Shown here one piece after another: positions 40,095-49,051 of a stretch of DNA of 64,000 bases (position 1 is its first letter; every line of letters begins with the position of its first letter). The DNA is taken from assembly GCA_903873905.1 (NCBI GenBank), contig CAIQQJ010000057.1, positions 8,058-72,057 on the forward strand, given 5' to 3'. The notes below the pieces were generated by a model that saw only the letters and a program-made list of their open reading frames with translations, did no database searches and was not told the origin of the DNA. A program made the translations under genes and the position numbers. The DNA is from an uncultured Flavobacteriales bacterium (GTDB lineage: Bacteria; Bacteroidota; Bacteroidia; Palsa-965).

Positions 40095-41846
40095 TCAAAA
40101 CGTTTTATTGTTTTTATTTTTATTCAGACGAATTAATGTTTTTTCAATATATTTTTCAGTAGGTAAAAGTGATTGTTGAATTCGTTTTGCGTAATGAATG
40201 GAGTCAATAATTTCCTTTTGTTTTTCCTCCACGATTTCCTTTTGCATGGCGATCTCCGTGTTTTTCTGTTCGAGCAGGATGTTTGATTTATTTTTGATTC
40301 TGTAACTACGGAAAACAAAAACAAGAATCAATAAAATAGAAAGGATTCCAAACAATAATAGGTTTCGAATAAATGAATTTTTCTGAGCTTGTTTTTCGCT
40401 TTCTATTTTGGAAATATTTTGTTTGAAATCGAATTGTTCTTTCATCTGTTTCTTTTCATATGCGGACCGGATATCCCCAATTTTTGTTTTGTTACTAAGG
40501 CTGTCAAGCGAATCAATAGCAAGCTGATGTTTTTTCATGTAAAGAAAGGCCTTCTCCCAATTCTTCAGTCCTTCATATCCTTGGTAAAGATTCAGGTAGA
40601 TATTGTCGTCATAAATTCCAAAATGTCGATCGTTTTCAATTGCCAATGCCTTTTCTCCATAACTCACCGCTTCTTGAAAATTCTTTTCCTTGATGGATAT
40701 TCTACCCAATGAATTGTAAGAATAAAGTTCTCCTTCTTTATTTTTAAATTTAATTCTTTCTTCCAAAGCAATTTTCTGATAATATTTTGCACTGTCAATA
40801 AAACCAAATCCCAAAAGCAATTCTCCAAAATCACCCTTAACTAGCGGGTCATTGTAATTGTTTTTTGCAAGGTCATTGTACAAAATGCTTTTCCTTCCAT
40901 ATTCCAATGCTTTTAGGGTATCCTTGATACTTGCATAATCAAACATAACTTGATGGCAATAATTACTCAAATAGCCATAGCTTTTCAATTTTTCAGCGAG
41001 CTGAATTCCTTTCAAATTATATTTAACGGCTTCCTGATAATTTTCAACAGCTCCATAAATGCCACCGAGTAAGGAATAGGCTGTCATAAGTGATGTGGTG
41101 TCAGATATTTTCTCTGCTAGCGAAAGCATGGGAAGAATAAGTTCTTCAGCTTTGCTGTTATTTTTCTCCAAGTAATAGGCGCGAGCCTCTGAAATTGTAC
41201 TCTTCTCGAAAAAGAAAGTCATCCCATGTCTTTGAAAAATGGCGATAGCAGAATCAGAAAACAGGAATGCATCATTTTGCATATTTTCAAATTCTTTTTT
41301 TGATCTTTCATTGAAACGATATTTCGAATAAACTAACCAGTACGAGCCTTCCAACATCCAATTACCTTGATCATGTGCTAGTTTAATGGAAGATTTAAAA
41401 AATGTTTCTATTGCAGGATGTTCTGCTTCATCATGAGCACTAAAAAAAATGGCAGCACGTGAATAATCAAGCATAGCTTTTTTTGCCAACAGCTCTTTCT
41501 TGTTTACAATTTGTGAAAGTGAATCAATAATCGTTCGTGCTGCTTGATCATCTCCTCTCATATGAAAAAGCAAAGCCTGCTGTTCAGCGAGCGTGTATTT
41601 TTGAAAAGCTGGATTGATTTTCTTTTCAACTTCATTGTATTGGGCACACCATTTTGAAAATTGTGTTGTATCCGTTGCACACGCATCAATAAGTGCTGCC
41701 TCAATGAGATAAAGTTTTTCACGCGGAGCTTTGGTCGTATCAATTAGGCGCCCGTAAAGTCGCTGCAACGATGTGTGTTGTGCAGATGCCTGAATGCAAA
41801 TGAGGCAAAAGAAAAGATGGGCAAGAAGTAGGGTTCTTGTTTTCAT
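40095..41846 (-). CDS. TPR - TM - coiled-coil receptor lacking the PP2C domain
   Basis: Signal peptide, TPR array, TM, ends KQKEIIDSIHYAKRIQQSLLPTEKYIEKTLIRLNKNKNNKTF*. Confidence 0.85.
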   Translation of the reverse strand: MKTRTLLLAHLFFCLICIQASAQHTSLQRLYGRLIDTTKAPREKLYLIEAALIDACATDTTQFSKWCAQYNEVEKKINPAFQKYTLAEQQALLFHMRGDDQAARTIIDSLSQIVNKKELLAKKAMLDYSRAAIFFSAHDEAEHPAIETFFKSSIKLAHDQGNWMLEGSYWLVYSKYRFNERSKKEFENMQNDAFLFSDSAIAIFQRHGMTFFFEKSTISEARAYYLEKNNSKAEELILPMLSLAEKISDTTSLMTAYSLLGGIYGAVENYQEAVKYNLKGIQLAEKLKSYGYLSNYCHQVMFDYASIKDTLKALEYGRKSILYNDLAKNNYNDPLVKGDFGELLLGFGFIDSAKYYQKIALEERIKFKNKEGELYSYNSLGRISIKEKNFQEAVSYGEKALAIENDRHFGIYDDNIYLNLYQGYEGLKNWEKAFLYMKKHQLAIDSLDSLSNKTKIGDIRSAYEKKQMKEQFDFKQNISKIESEKQAQKNSFIRNLLLFGILSILLILVFVFRSYRIKNKSNILLEQKNTEIAMQKEIVEEKQKEIIDSIHYAKRIQQSLLPTEKYIEKTLIRLNKNKNNKTF

Positions 41847-41903
41847 TGGGGTTAGCTGTGTAATAAGGGAACTGCAATATAAATGATTTTAAAATAGTAG
41901 GCG

Positions 41904-43889
41904 TTAAATCCTGATGCCTATTACACAAACATCATCCAATTGTTCAAGGTTACCTTTCCAATCCTCGAAAGTTTTATCCAAAACATTTTTCTGTTCTGAC
42001 ATTTTCATTGCACTGATCGCGAGCAGCTTTTCCTCAAGTTGTTTGTATTTGAATTTTTTCCCTTTCTCTCCACCGAATTGATCCGCATAGCCATCTGTGA
42101 AACAATATAATGCATCGCCTTTTTGCAATTGAAAATCACGTTTACCAAAATCCTTCAAGTCTCCGCTATGAACACCCACGGGCATTTTATCGGCTTCAAG
42201 AAAAATCACTTCATTGCCTGCTACTGATTTGCGAATAATAACTGCAGGATTATTCGCTCCTGAAAATTCAATTGTATTGTTTTTTTTGTTCCATGAAAAA
42301 ATTGAAATGTCCATTCCATCACGTTGTCGGATTTCCCTTCCACGCTGTTCAAGCGCATGAATTATTTTTTCACGAAGCAGATTTAAAATAAGTCCAGTGG
42401 AAAATATTTTCTTGCCGGAAACAATTTCATCGAGAAAACTCATCCCCAAAACACTCATGAATGCGCCTGGAACGCCATGACCTGTACAATCGGCAGCACA
42501 CCAAACGGCGTACGCATTGGACGAATATGCCCAATAGAAATCTCCGCTCACCACATCGCGCGGTTTGAAAAGAATAAAATATTCAGGAACTATTTCTTCC
42601 CAAGTTTCCTTTTGTGTCAACAGTGCCGATTGAATTCGCTCAGCATAATTGATGGAATCGGTAATAGATTTGTTTTTTTCTTCAACGATAATTTTCTGTT
42701 TTTCAATAATCATTTTCTGTCGTTGCGTAATGCGAAAACGATTGAGAATAAAACCTAGAAACAATAGCACCATCACCAATCCTGCCGTTACCGCGAGGAT
42801 GATAAGCTTTTGTTTTTTCTTTTCGGATTCATCTATTGCACTTTGTTTTTCATGGTCTTTACGAAGTGCGAGTTTTTCATTCTCATATTGATTTTGCATT
42901 TCAATACGCTCCATGCTTCTTTTGGTTTCCTCATTGTTCAGGGAATCCCTTGCCTTGATGAACTCCTTGTAAAACTTGAGCGCCTTCATGCCGTCATTTT
43001 TCTTGGAATAAACTTCTGAAAGCGTTTCACAGATTTCCTCCACACCAACCAAATCGCCAATTTCTTTTGAAATGCCCAATGCTTCCAATTCATATTGCTC
43101 CGCTTTGGGAAGGTCCTTCATTTCCAGATACAGTGCACCGATATTGGCAAGTGAAGTGGAAACGCCAATGCGGTTATTGATTTCCCTCCGCAAATCAAGT
43201 GAGAGCAAATAATATTTCAAGGCACGGTCATAATCTTTTTCCGACTGGTATAAAGTGCCAAGATTGTTGAAGGTGTTTGAGATTCCTTTCTTGTTGGTTC
43301 GAGGGTTTTCATACTCCAGTGCCTGTTTGTAATATTTCAATGCTGTTGAAGTGTCGCCAAGAACCTTGTACACAATTCCAATATTGTTGAGAGATCCGGA
43401 AATTCCTGTGGAATCTTTTTGTTGTTGCTGAATAGCCAATGCCTTTTTATAATATTCCAGCGCCTTTGTATTGTTATTCTGGTACCAATAAATGATCCCG
43501 ATGGAATTGTAACAGAGCGATGTTTTCTTTTGCGATTGCATGCTGTCGGCAACATTCAGTGCGACGAATTTCATCTCCAACGCTTTCGTGTAATCGCCTA
43601 GGTCGAGAAAAATATTTCCAAGACTAAATGCGGATTCATAAATTCCTGACTTGACATTTGCTGCACGGTAAAGACGATAGGCCAATTCCGCATTCATTTT
43701 GCCATTCATGGCATTATCCGCATCTACATATTCATTGGACAATTGCAAATAATATTTTGCCTTGGTCGAATCAATTTTGGTTGCAGCAATGAGATTTTGC
43801 AGCGAATCAATCTTGTCCTTTTGCGCATGGGAAACTGAACACGTGCAGGACGCGATAAAAAAAAGAAAAAGCTGAATGACTTTTTTCAT
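41904..43889 (-). CDS. TPR sensor - TM - PP2C/SpoIIE phosphatase
   Basis: TPR array, TM, DSINYAERIQ, KPRDVVSGDFYW, DCTGHGVPGA, TDGYADQFGG, QLDD. Confidence 0.93.
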   Translation of the reverse strand: MKKVIQLFLFFIASCTCSVSHAQKDKIDSLQNLIAATKIDSTKAKYYLQLSNEYVDADNAMNGKMNAELAYRLYRAANVKSGIYESAFSLGNIFLDLGDYTKALEMKFVALNVADSMQSQKKTSLCYNSIGIIYWYQNNNTKALEYYKKALAIQQQQKDSTGISGSLNNIGIVYKVLGDTSTALKYYKQALEYENPRTNKKGISNTFNNLGTLYQSEKDYDRALKYYLLSLDLRREINNRIGVSTSLANIGALYLEMKDLPKAEQYELEALGISKEIGDLVGVEEICETLSEVYSKKNDGMKALKFYKEFIKARDSLNNEETKRSMERIEMQNQYENEKLALRKDHEKQSAIDESEKKKQKLIILAVTAGLVMVLLFLGFILNRFRITQRQKMIIEKQKIIVEEKNKSITDSINYAERIQSALLTQKETWEEIVPEYFILFKPRDVVSGDFYWAYSSNAYAVWCAADCTGHGVPGAFMSVLGMSFLDEIVSGKKIFSTGLILNLLREKIIHALEQRGREIRQRDGMDISIFSWNKKNNTIEFSGANNPAVIIRKSVAGNEVIFLEADKMPVGVHSGDLKDFGKRDFQLQKGDALYCFTDGYADQFGGEKGKKFKYKQLEEKLLAISAMKMSEQKNVLDKTFEDWKGNLEQLDDVCVIGIRI

Positions 43890-44065
43890 TTGATGCTGAA
43901 ATTCCCAATGTTTCCGGTTTCATTTTAATTCGAAGAATGAAATCCATAGTAGGAAGGTAGGAAAATTTAAAAATCAAACTCATTTTGTTACACTTATTTG
44001 TGGAGGTCAGGGAGGCCAACAACCATTTTCTCCGAACTCCCTACTCCCAACTCCCAACTCATTGC

Positions 44066-44073
44066 TATCTTTG
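44066..44073 (+). promoter_or_regulatory. Bacteroidota -7 element directly before glyQS (likely leaderless or near-leaderless mRNA)
   Basis: TATCTTTG then CGCCC ATG; preceded by ACTCCCA-type 7-mer repeats. Confidence 0.6.
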
Positions 44074-44078
44074 CGCCC

Positions 44079-45620
44079 ATGGCAAATCAAGACGATCTTT
44101 TTAAAAACATCATTTCGCATTCTAAGGAATACGGATTCATTTTTCCATCATCAGAAATTTATGATGGACTCAGCGCTGTTTACGATTACGGACAATATGG
44201 TGCCGAACTGAAAAAAAATATTCGAGAATATTGGTGGAAAGCGATGGTGCAGTTGAATGAAAATATTGTTGGAATTGATGCTGCAATTTTCATGCATCCA
44301 ACAACCTGGAAAGCTTCTGGCCACGTGGATGCTTTCAGTGATCCACTCATTGATAATAAAGATTCCAAAAAACGTTATCGCGCCGATGTATTGATTGAAG
44401 ACGCCATGACGAAATTCGAAGACAAAATCAATAAGGAAGTAGAAAAAGCCGCGAAACGATTTGGTGAAACTTTTGATGCGGCAATGTATCGCACTACCAA
44501 TCCACGCGTGATGGAGTATCAGAAAAAAATTGATGATACGAATGCACGTTTCAAAACCGCGCTCGAGAATAATGACATGGATGGTTTAAAACAAATCATC
44601 GTTGATCTTGAAGTGGTTTGTCCTGTTTCCGGTTCTCGCAATTGGACAGAAGTGCGTCAATTCAATTTGATGTTCTCTACACAATTGGGTTCTGTTGCAG
44701 AAGATTCAAATACCATTTACCTCCGTCCTGAAACTGCTCAGGGGATTTTTGTGAATTTCTTGAATGTGCAGAAAACAGGAAGAATGAAAATTCCTTTCGG
44801 TATTGCACAAACAGGAAAAGCTTTTCGAAATGAAATCGTAGCGCGACAATTTATTTTCCGCATGCGCGAGTTCGAACAAATGGAAATGCAATTTTTCATT
44901 CGACCGGGAACAGAAAATGAGTGGTATGAAAAATGGAAAGCTACAAGAATGAATTGGCATAAAGCGCTAGGCATTCCAGAATCAAAATATCGTTTTCATG
45001 ATCATTTGAAATTGGCGCATTATGCAAAAGCCGCTTGTGATATTGAATTTGAATTTCCATTTGGTTTCAAAGAATTGGAAGGAATTCATTCGAGAAGCGA
45101 TTTCGATTTGAAACAACACGAACAGTTTTCAGGAAAGAAATTGCAATACTTCGATCCGGAATTGAATGAAAGTTATGTTCCGTTTGTAATTGAAACGTCC
45201 ATCGGTCTTGATAGAATGTTCCTGGCCACAATGTCGTACGCTTACAAGGAAGAAAAATTGGAAGATGGAAGTGAGCGCGTGGTTTTAAATCTACCTCCAT
45301 TTCTTGCACCGATCAAAGCAGCCATTCTTCCATTGGTAAATAAGGATGGTCTTCCTGAAAAAGCAGAAGAGATTATCAATATTCTAAAATTCGAACACAT
45401 CATTACCTCTGAAGAGAAAGATTCCATCGGAAAACGTTATCGTCGACAAGATGCGATTGGCACTCCTTACTGCATTACAGTTGATCACCAAACATTGACA
45501 GATAACACTGTTACCATTCGTGAGCGCGATACCATGAAACAGGAACGCGTGGCGATTGATCAGCTCTCAAAAATTATTGGAGAGAAGGTGAGCATGAATA
45601 ATGTGTTGAGAAAGTTGTAG
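44079..45620 (+). CDS. glyQS: Glycine--tRNA ligase (alpha2 type)
   Basis: SSEIYDGL, YLRPETAQGIF, GKAFRNEI, FRMREFEQME, anticodon domain SIGKRYRRQDAIGTP. Confidence 0.97.
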   Translation: MANQDDLFKNIISHSKEYGFIFPSSEIYDGLSAVYDYGQYGAELKKNIREYWWKAMVQLNENIVGIDAAIFMHPTTWKASGHVDAFSDPLIDNKDSKKRYRADVLIEDAMTKFEDKINKEVEKAAKRFGETFDAAMYRTTNPRVMEYQKKIDDTNARFKTALENNDMDGLKQIIVDLEVVCPVSGSRNWTEVRQFNLMFSTQLGSVAEDSNTIYLRPETAQGIFVNFLNVQKTGRMKIPFGIAQTGKAFRNEIVARQFIFRMREFEQMEMQFFIRPGTENEWYEKWKATRMNWHKALGIPESKYRFHDHLKLAHYAKAACDIEFEFPFGFKELEGIHSRSDFDLKQHEQFSGKKLQYFDPELNESYVPFVIETSIGLDRMFLATMSYAYKEEKLEDGSERVVLNLPPFLAPIKAAILPLVNKDGLPEKAEEIINILKFEHIITSEEKDSIGKRYRRQDAIGTPYCITVDHQTLTDNTVTIRERDTMKQERVAIDQLSKIIGEKVSMNNVLRKL

Positions 45621-45630
45621 CTTTAATCTA

Positions 45631-45702
45631 TTCTGAATTTTGAGTTCTGAATTCTAAATTGAAAAAGGAATTCAAAATTTAGAATTCAAAATTCAAAATT
45701 AT
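45631..45702. repeat. Inverted pair of 7-mer tandem arrays
   Basis: TTCTGAATTTTGAGTTCTGAATTCTAAATT / AATTCAAAATTTAGAATTCAAAATTCAAAATT; shares a 20-bp exact match with 2668-2687. Confidence 0.75.
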
Positions 45703-45707
45703 TTTTC

Positions 45708-46457
45708 ATGGACGCAAAACATTGGGACAATCTCGCCGCAACTTTCGAATCGGAAGTAATGAGCTCTTTACATGCCGACAAAAATCGTGCTTTGGAAAGT
45801 GCAATAAAAAAATACATCAAGAAAAAAGATCATGTAGCTGACTTCGGTTGCGGTGTTGGAGGATTTCTTCCCTTGCTTTCCAAAGTTGCTGGAAAAATAT
45901 CAGCTTGCGATTTTTCTATCAAATGTATTGACATTGCCAAGTTGCGATTTGCGGGAATGAAAAATATTGATCTTTTCGTTCATGATCTTACAAAACCATT
46001 GAAATTGAAATGTGATGTTGCAGTTGCTGCGAACGTTTTGATTTCTCCAGAACCGGAAAAATTGAAACAAATGTTGAAGACGATGGCAGCCACTGTAAAA
46101 AAAGGTGGCTACTTAATTGTTGTTGTTCCCTCAATGGAATCGTCGCTTTTTGTTTACCAAAAAATCATGTCAATAAGGATGGCTGGCGGAGAATCAGCTG
46201 CTCAAGCAAAAAAATATATTGAAGGAAAAATCAATTCAGATATAATTTCCCTTTCCGATGGAGTGGTGCAGGTGGGAAGCGTTCCAACAAAACATTATGT
46301 TGGAGAAGAATTTGAATCGCTGCTATTGCAATTCAAAATGGAAACGGTAGATCGAAAAAAATTGGAATACGATTGGGAAACAGAGTTGATCAACCCTCCG
46401 AAAAACCTAAAAGGTCCATTCCCTTTCGATTGGATGTTTGTTGCTCAGAAGAAGTGA
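45708..46457 (+). CDS. Class I SAM-dependent methyltransferase
   Basis: VADFGCGVG motif I, ACDFS, VKKGGYLIV. Confidence 0.88.
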   Translation: MDAKHWDNLAATFESEVMSSLHADKNRALESAIKKYIKKKDHVADFGCGVGGFLPLLSKVAGKISACDFSIKCIDIAKLRFAGMKNIDLFVHDLTKPLKLKCDVAVAANVLISPEPEKLKQMLKTMAATVKKGGYLIVVVPSMESSLFVYQKIMSIRMAGGESAAQAKKYIEGKINSDIISLSDGVVQVGSVPTKHYVGEEFESLLLQFKMETVDRKKLEYDWETELINPPKNLKGPFPFDWMFVAQKK

Positions 46458-46591
46458 CGAGTGTCATGTGACAAGGGAAAATATGTGCGGCTTATTTTAA
46501 CCCAATATTTGCAAATCTTGACCATTTATGGTAAAATTATATCCCGAAAGGACCAATATCCTACCTAGTTCGGCCTTAATTTTATTTGCTC

Positions 46592-47473
46592 ATGAAAGCC
46601 CTTCCTTTCAAAATTCCAATTCCAGGCGAAGCGTCGATTGTTGTTGAAGAAGAAATTCAACCACACTTTTACACTTATTTGCATCAGCATCAAGAAGTGC
46701 AACTCACTTGGATTTTAAAAGGTGAAGGAACTTTGCTTGCGGGTAATTATACGGGGCATTTTGGTTCAGGTGATATTTATTGGTTAGGACCGAATCAACC
46801 GCATGTGTTTCGCTGCGATCCTGTTTATTTTCAGAATAAAAATTGGTTGAAAGCGCAATCGATTTCTGTTTATTTCGATGTGTCGGAAACGCGACAGAAT
46901 TTATTGTCTGTTCCTGAATTAGAAAATCTGAAAAAGTTTTCATTGCGTTCTTCCAAAGGATTTCGAATTGAGCCAGTAGATTATGTGGCCATGACGGAAG
47001 CGTTTCTTCGTGTGCGTGTTCAACAAGGCTTACAACGACTCACTTCATTTCTTCAACTTATTGATCTCGTTTTAAATCACAGCAAACATTTTCCATTGTC
47101 AGATGAAGAAGTTGGTTCTGATTTATCTGAAAAAGAAGGAACACGCATGCACGCGATTTTTGATTTCACCTTGAAAAACTTTGACAAGGAAGTCAGCATT
47201 ACCAATGCAGCTGATGTGGTGCACATGACACCTGAAGCATTTTGTAGGTTCTTCAAAAAACATACGAGAAAAACATACGTCACTTTTCTCAATGAAGTTC
47301 GAGTGGAAAAAGCATGCAGGAAATTAAAAAGTTCCGACGATAAACTCATTGCCGAAATCGCGTATGCTTGTGGATTCGGAAATGTTTCTCACTTCAATCG
47401 TGTGTTCAGAAAGGTCACAGGAAAAACACCGAGAGAATATCAAGCACATGCGGCAGCAAGAGTGCAGAGGTGA
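46592..47473 (+). CDS. AraC family transcriptional regulator with cupin domain
   Basis: HQHQEVQL, AFCRFFKKHT, IAYACGFGNVSHFNRVFRKVTGKTPREY. Confidence 0.95.
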   Translation: MKALPFKIPIPGEASIVVEEEIQPHFYTYLHQHQEVQLTWILKGEGTLLAGNYTGHFGSGDIYWLGPNQPHVFRCDPVYFQNKNWLKAQSISVYFDVSETRQNLLSVPELENLKKFSLRSSKGFRIEPVDYVAMTEAFLRVRVQQGLQRLTSFLQLIDLVLNHSKHFPLSDEEVGSDLSEKEGTRMHAIFDFTLKNFDKEVSITNAADVVHMTPEAFCRFFKKHTRKTYVTFLNEVRVEKACRKLKSSDDKLIAEIAYACGFGNVSHFNRVFRKVTGKTPREYQAHAAARVQR

Positions 47474-47626
47474 TGTGAAAATTTCAAATGTGCAGATTTC
47501 AAATTGTTTTGACCGCGTCGCTGGTTAATTCTATGAAGCGCAATGTTCGGTACAATAAATTTTCTGTGAAATTATTTTAGAAAGTAACAATTGGAAATCG
47601 GCAATTATCAAATTGGAAATCCTTTT

Positions 47627-48190
47627 CTACTTTCCATTATAGTTGGTCATCGTAAGACCAAGACCAATCGTACCCAAGGCACGAATCGCATCACTACATT
47701 TTTCTAAACGCTCTTCTAATAATTTTTTCTGCTCATCACTCCATTTTCCCAAAACATATTCCACCTGTCTTCCTTTTGGAAATTCATTTCCTACCCCAAA
47801 ACGCAAACGCGCATATTCATTTGTTTGCAAAGTTTCTTCAATGTGTGCAAGTCCATTGTGTCCACCTGCTCCGCCTTTTGCCTTAATGCGAATGGTTCCA
47901 AACGGCAAAGCAAGATCGTCGCAGATGACCAGCAAATTTTCTTTTGATATTTTTTCCGCTTGCATCCAATACTGAACAGCCTTTCCACTCAAATTCATGA
48001 AGGTTGTTGGCTTAATCAAAATAAAATTTCTTCCCTTGAATTTGTATTCTGTTACAAACGCGTGTCGGTCATGACGCCAAGAAAGTTTTGCAGCAGTAGC
48101 GAGATGATCAAGCACAGAAAATCCGATGTTGTGTCGTGTACCAACATATTCATCACCGATGTTTCCTAATCCTACAATTAAATACTTCAT
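47627..48190 (-). CDS. pth: Peptidyl-tRNA hydrolase
   Basis: LIVGLGN, TRHNIGF, KPTTFMNLSG, GGHNGL. Confidence 0.97.
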   Translation of the reverse strand: MKYLIVGLGNIGDEYVGTRHNIGFSVLDHLATAAKLSWRHDRHAFVTEYKFKGRNFILIKPTTFMNLSGKAVQYWMQAEKISKENLLVICDDLALPFGTIRIKAKGGAGGHNGLAHIEETLQTNEYARLRFGVGNEFPKGRQVEYVLGKWSDEQKKLLEERLEKCSDAIRALGTIGLGLTMTNYNGK

Positions 48191-48255
48191 TTCAGAGAAT
48201 AAAGATAATTGAAAAATAGCGGCAACGTTTAGTCGTAGCTTGCGTCAGTCGCAAT

Positions 48256-48287
48256 AAAAAAACCACGATGAAATTCATCGTGGTTTT
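48256..48287 (-). terminator. Intrinsic terminator after rplY
   Basis: AAAACCACGATGAA / TTCATCGTGGTTTT stem with A-tract (U-tract on minus). Confidence 0.75.
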
Positions 48288-48313
48288 AAAATTATTCTGC
48301 GTAAAAAGAAATT

Positions 48314-48355
48314 TGTCAGCGAGTGTCCCAACAGAATTGTTGGGATGTATCGAAG
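48314..48355. repeat. REP-like element carrying the TCCCAACAGAATTGTTGGGA hairpin
   Basis: GAGTG-[TCCCAACAGAATTGTTGGGA, 48326-48345]-TGTATCGA; same hairpin core as at 1901 and 20389. Confidence 0.65.
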
Positions 48356-48356
48356 C

Positions 48357-49016
48357 CTATTTCTTTTTCTCAGCTGGTTTTTTAGCATCTGCAGCTTTTT
48401 TAGCATCTGCAGCCGGAGCACCAGCAGCAGCTGGAGCAGCAGCACTTGATTTGGATGACTCGTCTTCAACAACGTTACGAGTAACACGAACAGTTACGAT
48501 GGTAATGTTCGGTTTGTCGAGCAATGTGAGACCGTCAATGGTAACATCAGCAACACGAACGGTATCTCCGATTTCCATTTTGGAAACGTCGATCGTTAAT
48601 GCATCTGGTAATTTTTCAACAGGACCGCGTACAGCAATTTTCCGCAATTTACGAATAAGCTTTCCGCCGTTACGTACGCCGGGAGCTGTTCCGTCGAATC
48701 TTACTGGAAGTTCAATCGTTACTGATTTACCAGCAACAACTTCAAGAAAATCGACATGCAGAATCTTGTCAGTAACGGGATGCAACTGCAACTCCTTCAT
48801 GATTGCATTGTGTTTCTTTCCGTCAACTGTTAGTTCGACGATGTGGACATCCGGAGTGTAAACAAGTGGTTTGAAATCTCGCTCAGCTACAGCGAAAATC
48901 ACTTGCTCCGATCCACCATAAAGAACACAAGGTACCATGCCGGTAGTTCTCAGTCCCTTCGCATCTTTTTTCCCTACGTTCGTTCTTGACGAACCGCTAA
49001 TGGCTACTGATTTCAT
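48357..49016 (-). CDS. rplY: 50S ribosomal protein L25 / Ctc
   Basis: GKKDAKGLR...VPCVLYG, QLHPVTDKILHVDF, GVRNGG. Confidence 0.96.
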   Translation of the reverse strand: MKSVAISGSSRTNVGKKDAKGLRTTGMVPCVLYGGSEQVIFAVAERDFKPLVYTPDVHIVELTVDGKKHNAIMKELQLHPVTDKILHVDFLEVVAGKSVTIELPVRFDGTAPGVRNGGKLIRKLRKIAVRGPVEKLPDALTIDVSKMEIGDTVRVADVTIDGLTLLDKPNITIVTVRVTRNVVEDESSKSSAAAPAAAGAPAADAKKAADAKKPAEKKK

Positions 49017-49051
49017 TGTGATTTTGGATTTATGGTTAGTGAATAAAAAAA

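Noticed and set aside
48268..48861. 197-aa plus-strand ORF and the many other short antisense or overlapping ORFs in the track
   Set aside because: They shadow well-supported genes (here rplY) and show no protein motifs.
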